Assembly (NCBI GenBank): GCA_965215015.1 | Contig: OZ244042.1 | Coordinates: 5,184,001-5,248,000, forward strand | Source: Candidatus Poribacteria bacterium | GTDB lineage: Bacteria > Poribacteria > WGA-4E > PCPOR2b | Reading direction: 5' to 3' | Length of the DNA: 64,000 bases | In this document: positions 60,413-64,000 of the stretch, in pieces | How positions within the stretch are numbered: position 1 is the stretch's first letter | Layout of the letters: every line of letters starts with the position of its first letter | The notes under the pieces: generated by a model | What the model saw: only the letters and a program-made list of their open reading frames with translations | The model's database searches: none | Told to the model about the DNA's origin: nothing | Position numbers and translations under genes: made by a program

Positions 60413-60595
60413 TCTGACTCGACTTCCGCCTGCCCTCTACCTTCATATCCACCATCGACGCCCCCAAGACCCCCTAACCCCCCGCAAGCGGAGGGAAACG
60501 CAGGGAGGGGGAGACAGACTCATTGAGCCTAGAACGGACGAACAACCCACTCTGACTCGACTTCCACCTGCCCGCCACCTGCATATCCACCACCG
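60413..60595 (+). repeat. 45-bp imperfect direct repeats (60413-60457, 60551-60595) flanking a CCCCGCAAGCGG-type repeat
   Basis: TCTGACTCGACTTCCRCCTGCCC...CATATCCACCAYCG occurs twice. Confidence 0.8.
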
Positions 60596-60796
60596 TCCCA
60601 CCCCACACTCACCGAGCGTATCACAAAACTATTCACCAAGTTCAGCGCGAACGACGTCGACTGTTAGGAGACTCGGCAAGATTGTTAGGTGAACACCTAA
60701 CAACTTTGGTTCAAGCGGTTTTAAAACCGTGGAACCGCGACACACTCCAAAAAAAGAGGAATCCAAGGACTTTTGAAGATACCCTCCTGTTTCGGG

Positions 60797-62029
60797 TTAT
60801 CGGGATTTTCGGCTATTTCGTTTCTGGGGTGTAGGAGACAGCGTTTCATCGGTGTTTGGGGTAAGTTTCGGTTTGATCCCTTTCACTATGTCCTCCGGGT
60901 CAGGCAACGACAGCATACCCTCGAGACTATCGGGCGGGACTGACCCCTCCAGTTCCACTTCGATTCCTTCAGGCGCGAACTGCTTTTGGAGGTCCGCGCG
61001 GTCCTGCGGTGCAGGCTTGACCCCCTGAGATAGATCCGATGGCTCGCGTGGCATATCAGATCGAAGAGAGGGATTTTCCTTGCTTGCCCCATCGGAATCA
61101 GATTCCACCACCGGCACGGCGTCCGAAACCGGGGCTGCGGGCCCGTTACGGAGCGAATCTATCCTCTCATGCTGCCCGACCGACAAAAGCACACTATAAT
61201 CTCGCGCCCATTTCGGCATTGGAGGCTGTCCCGTTTCGCTTTCATCGGGCAGAAAACGCACACGCACCGGTGGTTTATCAGACATAGCCGGTTTTTGAGT
61301 AGGGGGTATTTCTTCGTTAGGTGAGGGGATATAAAACTCTCCAGCCGCTAGCTTGTGCTCTACTTCTTGCATCGAAATGCCATACACACGCGCTATATTC
61401 AGTTTGTCTTCTTTTAAGCGGAGTGCTGCATCTTCTCCATTGGCTATCCGTTTCTCAAGTTCCGCTACAGAAATGCCTAACGTGCGAGCTCGGAAGATTT
61501 TCTCTGCCTGTTTTGCATAGTCGAAAGGGTCTACTCCCACAGGCACCTCCACGGCATCTATAATGCCGGAGACAACGGGGGCATACGGATCGAGTTCTGA
61601 ACGTGAGATAGCATCACCATCTTGATACTCCCACCCCCGCAGCACCTCCACCTCATGTATTTTCCCATCGGGGGTTTGGACTTGCTGCATCACCATATCC
61701 TCTCGACTTAATGGAATTGTTTCGATGAGTTGATCCCCGTTGGTAGGCATCTGCCAAATATCCCGCTTACCGAACGACTCAATAGAGGTATGGACAGGTG
61801 AATGTCCAATGCCTGTATGCCTATTGGTTGATGGGAGATTCCCAACAGAGGAAGAGCGATGTTTATCTCCAGCATTGAGAGACAGATTCAGTGCTTCAGA
61901 TTCTTGGATAAACGCCTCGAACTCAACGTGATTGTGATAAATCGTGAGGACAAGATAACCGCCAGAAACAAACGCAATGATACAAATCGCAATAATATAG
62001 GGTGTAAAACGACGATTAACCATTTTCAT
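60797..62029 (-). CDS. Membrane-anchored lineage-specific protein, homolog of 12138-13096
   Basis: N-terminal TM, QTPDGKIH, two GIS(V/M)xE(L/V)E repeats and a Pro-rich tail; AAGGAGG RBS. Confidence 0.7.
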   Translation of the reverse strand: MKMVNRRFTPYIIAICIIAFVSGGYLVLTIYHNHVEFEAFIQESEALNLSLNAGDKHRSSSVGNLPSTNRHTGIGHSPVHTSIESFGKRDIWQMPTNGDQLIETIPLSREDMVMQQVQTPDGKIHEVEVLRGWEYQDGDAISRSELDPYAPVVSGIIDAVEVPVGVDPFDYAKQAEKIFRARTLGISVAELEKRIANGEDAALRLKEDKLNIARVYGISMQEVEHKLAAGEFYIPSPNEEIPPTQKPAMSDKPPVRVRFLPDESETGQPPMPKWARDYSVLLSVGQHERIDSLRNGPAAPVSDAVPVVESDSDGASKENPSLRSDMPREPSDLSQGVKPAPQDRADLQKQFAPEGIEVELEGSVPPDSLEGMLSLPDPEDIVKGIKPKLTPNTDETLSPTPQKRNSRKSR

Positions 62030-62211
62030 AACCTCCTTCTCTTATTTGCTCTTATTTGTGAAAAACGGTCTAACCACCGCAGTTGGCATTCAAGCATACC
62101 CAAGTGGGACCCCATTCCGAAAAATCATACATCCAAAATCGCTTCTCGACTTCAGCAACAGTATCCTGTTGCCTTTTTTTGTTTTCATTCTGTCTCTGCC
62201 TCCGGCTGAAA

Positions 62212-63720
62212 TTATCCCTTATCAAATAATCCCATTTGGTCAGTCGTTGATTTGCCTCTAATGAGAGGTGTATCAAACTGCTTTCCTTGAAGAATTTCAG
62301 AGACGCTAAGCACCTGCAGGCGGGGATATTGCTTTCCATCTATAGAAATCGTGCCTTTCGTCCAACAGAAATCTTGGAAATGCTGCTTTTGGATGCGTCC
62401 AAGCGTTTTTAGTGTAATGAACCCACCCATTGGAAAGTCTTTTTCGTCAATAACACCCGCTAAAGCGCGTAAAGATTCAATCCGAACCTGCTTCGTTCCC
62501 TTGACTTCAAGTTTCATTGCTTTTAAGTCCTCACTGTCTTGAAAATAGAGTCTCCCATCAACGCCACCATCGTTTGATTTTTTCGCAGTGACAAAACCAT
62601 CAACCATCTCGACTGCCCATTTCTGAAATTGATACGGGTCACGTTTGTGGAGGTCATTTGCCCCTTCCAGCGTTTGTGGAATACCACTGATTTCGTAGTC
62701 AACCCCTTCTGTGAGATCACATCTTTCCTGTAAGCGAACTGCACTGACACGCTTGATAGCGTGAATCGCCATGTCTATACCTATCCATTGCCGATTGAGT
62801 TTGTGAGCTGCCTCCATTGTCGTACCACACCCACAAAACGGGTCAAATATAATATCACCCTCATTACTACTTCCCTTTATGATTCGTTCAAGTAGTGCAA
62901 GAGGCTTTTGGGTTGGATAACCCATGCGTTCTTTTGCTTGACTATTGATAATGTTTATATCGTTCCATGTGTCATGCATCCGAACATTAGAATCAGCCTC
63001 CCTATCAACAATAACATCGTAATCTCCCTCTTTTATCTTCTTTTTTGCTTTTCTGCGATCATATACGATGAGTTGTTTCACATCATTAGGACGATTCACT
63101 TGATAACCTTTTTCAATCTTCTTTTTCTTATTTTCGGAAGATTGAAATTGCTGATTGAAATTATACTCATCTGTTTTTGAATAGAACAAGATAGTATCGT
63201 GATTACGCTGATAGGATTTTGTTATACTACTCCATTTGCTGTAATGCCAAATTATTTCATTGCGAAAGTTCTTCTGCCCAAACACACCATCCATAACAAC
63301 CTTGATATAGTGGCTTGCGGTCGGGTCACAGTGCAAATAGATGCTACCCGTCGGTCGGATCAAAATTTTCATCTGCAGCAACCGCTCGGTCATGTATGAG
63401 AGATAGGCAAGTAGTTTCGGATTGGTATGTCTGAGGGCATTCATCCAGTTTCTCCAGAACTTTGCGACTGAATCATCAATCCCTCCCTTCACCATTATTT
63501 CCGGCACGGATTTGATTGCACGCTCGGTTTCCTCATCAAGTGTCCATAAATCGCAAAATGCTTCTATTTGGTCGGGTAGGGGTCTGCCTGTTTCGTCCTT
63601 GTAGATAGCATTGTAAGCGCGATTGGAATTAAAGGGCGGGTCGAGATATATCAGGTCAACGCTGTCCTTGGGCATCTGTTGCATGACTCGGAGACAGTCG
63701 CCGTAGTAGAGTTTGTTCAT
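62212..63720 (-). CDS. Site-specific DNA methyltransferase (beta class) fused to an Mrr-like endonuclease domain
   Basis: YLDPPFNS, YPTQKP and DPFCGCGTT motifs; C-terminal YQFQKWA...DGGVDG...LEVKG. Confidence 0.88.
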   Translation of the reverse strand: MNKLYYGDCLRVMQQMPKDSVDLIYLDPPFNSNRAYNAIYKDETGRPLPDQIEAFCDLWTLDEETERAIKSVPEIMVKGGIDDSVAKFWRNWMNALRHTNPKLLAYLSYMTERLLQMKILIRPTGSIYLHCDPTASHYIKVVMDGVFGQKNFRNEIIWHYSKWSSITKSYQRNHDTILFYSKTDEYNFNQQFQSSENKKKKIEKGYQVNRPNDVKQLIVYDRRKAKKKIKEGDYDVIVDREADSNVRMHDTWNDINIINSQAKERMGYPTQKPLALLERIIKGSSNEGDIIFDPFCGCGTTMEAAHKLNRQWIGIDMAIHAIKRVSAVRLQERCDLTEGVDYEISGIPQTLEGANDLHKRDPYQFQKWAVEMVDGFVTAKKSNDGGVDGRLYFQDSEDLKAMKLEVKGTKQVRIESLRALAGVIDEKDFPMGGFITLKTLGRIQKQHFQDFCWTKGTISIDGKQYPRLQVLSVSEILQGKQFDTPLIRGKSTTDQMGLFDKG

Positions 63721-64000
63721 GCTGCTCCTCCCTCTTTGATTTTGTCCTTTCTTTCGGTACGCTTCAAACGTAGTAGTGGTGGGGGTGTTGCTAAATTGGC
63801 AGTGGTGTTAAGTTGCATTGCTGCTTTGGACAACCTATCGTGTAATTTTTAAAAATTACCTATATCTATAATATACTATCACACATTTCAAGCGATATGA
63901 AAAAAAAGAATTGATAATACCATCCGGGATTCTGTATAATTTCTATGATATTATAAAGCCTTGTGAAAACTGAAAGGAAGGCAATTTTGATGAAGCGATA

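Noticed and set aside
60660-60740. GTTAGG/CCTAAC palindrome as an integron attC
   Set aside because: Core sites are in the wrong order and only a few bases apart; no closing GTTRRRY after the downstream hairpin; no integrase.

Overview
Bacterial chromosomal window of about 52% GC (estimated by eye). It is dominated by expanded catabolic enzyme families: 4 Gfo/Idh/MocA oxidoreductases, 4 aldo/keto reductases, 2 PhyH dioxygenases, a sulfatase, an FGE-domain protein, a BNR sialidase and 2 hydantoinase B paralogs. A few housekeeping genes are also present (tRNA nucleotidyltransferase, adk-like kinase, cinA, murJ, trmJ). Gene content and repeat style suggest Candidatus Poribacteria or a similar sponge-symbiont lineage (inference). 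No rRNA, tRNA, CRISPR array or reverse transcriptase was recognised. Main points: (1) A selenocysteine formate dehydrogenase alpha gene (in-frame UGA plus SECIS) has its start codon put out of frame by a C12 tract, a candidate phase-variable selenoenzyme. (2) Three IS200/IS605 (tnpB) derivatives are present, including a ~150-bp protein-free element with a rearranged omegaRNA-like right end. (3) A REP palindrome is split at the same base in two copies by a related insert. (4) A lineage-specific family of membrane-anchored proteins occurs, two of them frameshifted at homopolymers; one is inserted after a truncated gene and bracketed by a 302-bp duplication. (5) A candidate antisense/attenuator leader lies at ~60.0-60.3 kb. 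(6) An Rpn nuclease has an internal RpnS-like start and 24-bp repeats. There are also many MITE, REP and short tandem repeat families and several IS remnants (IS1595, IS4). All family assignments come from motif recognition by eye; no searches were run.
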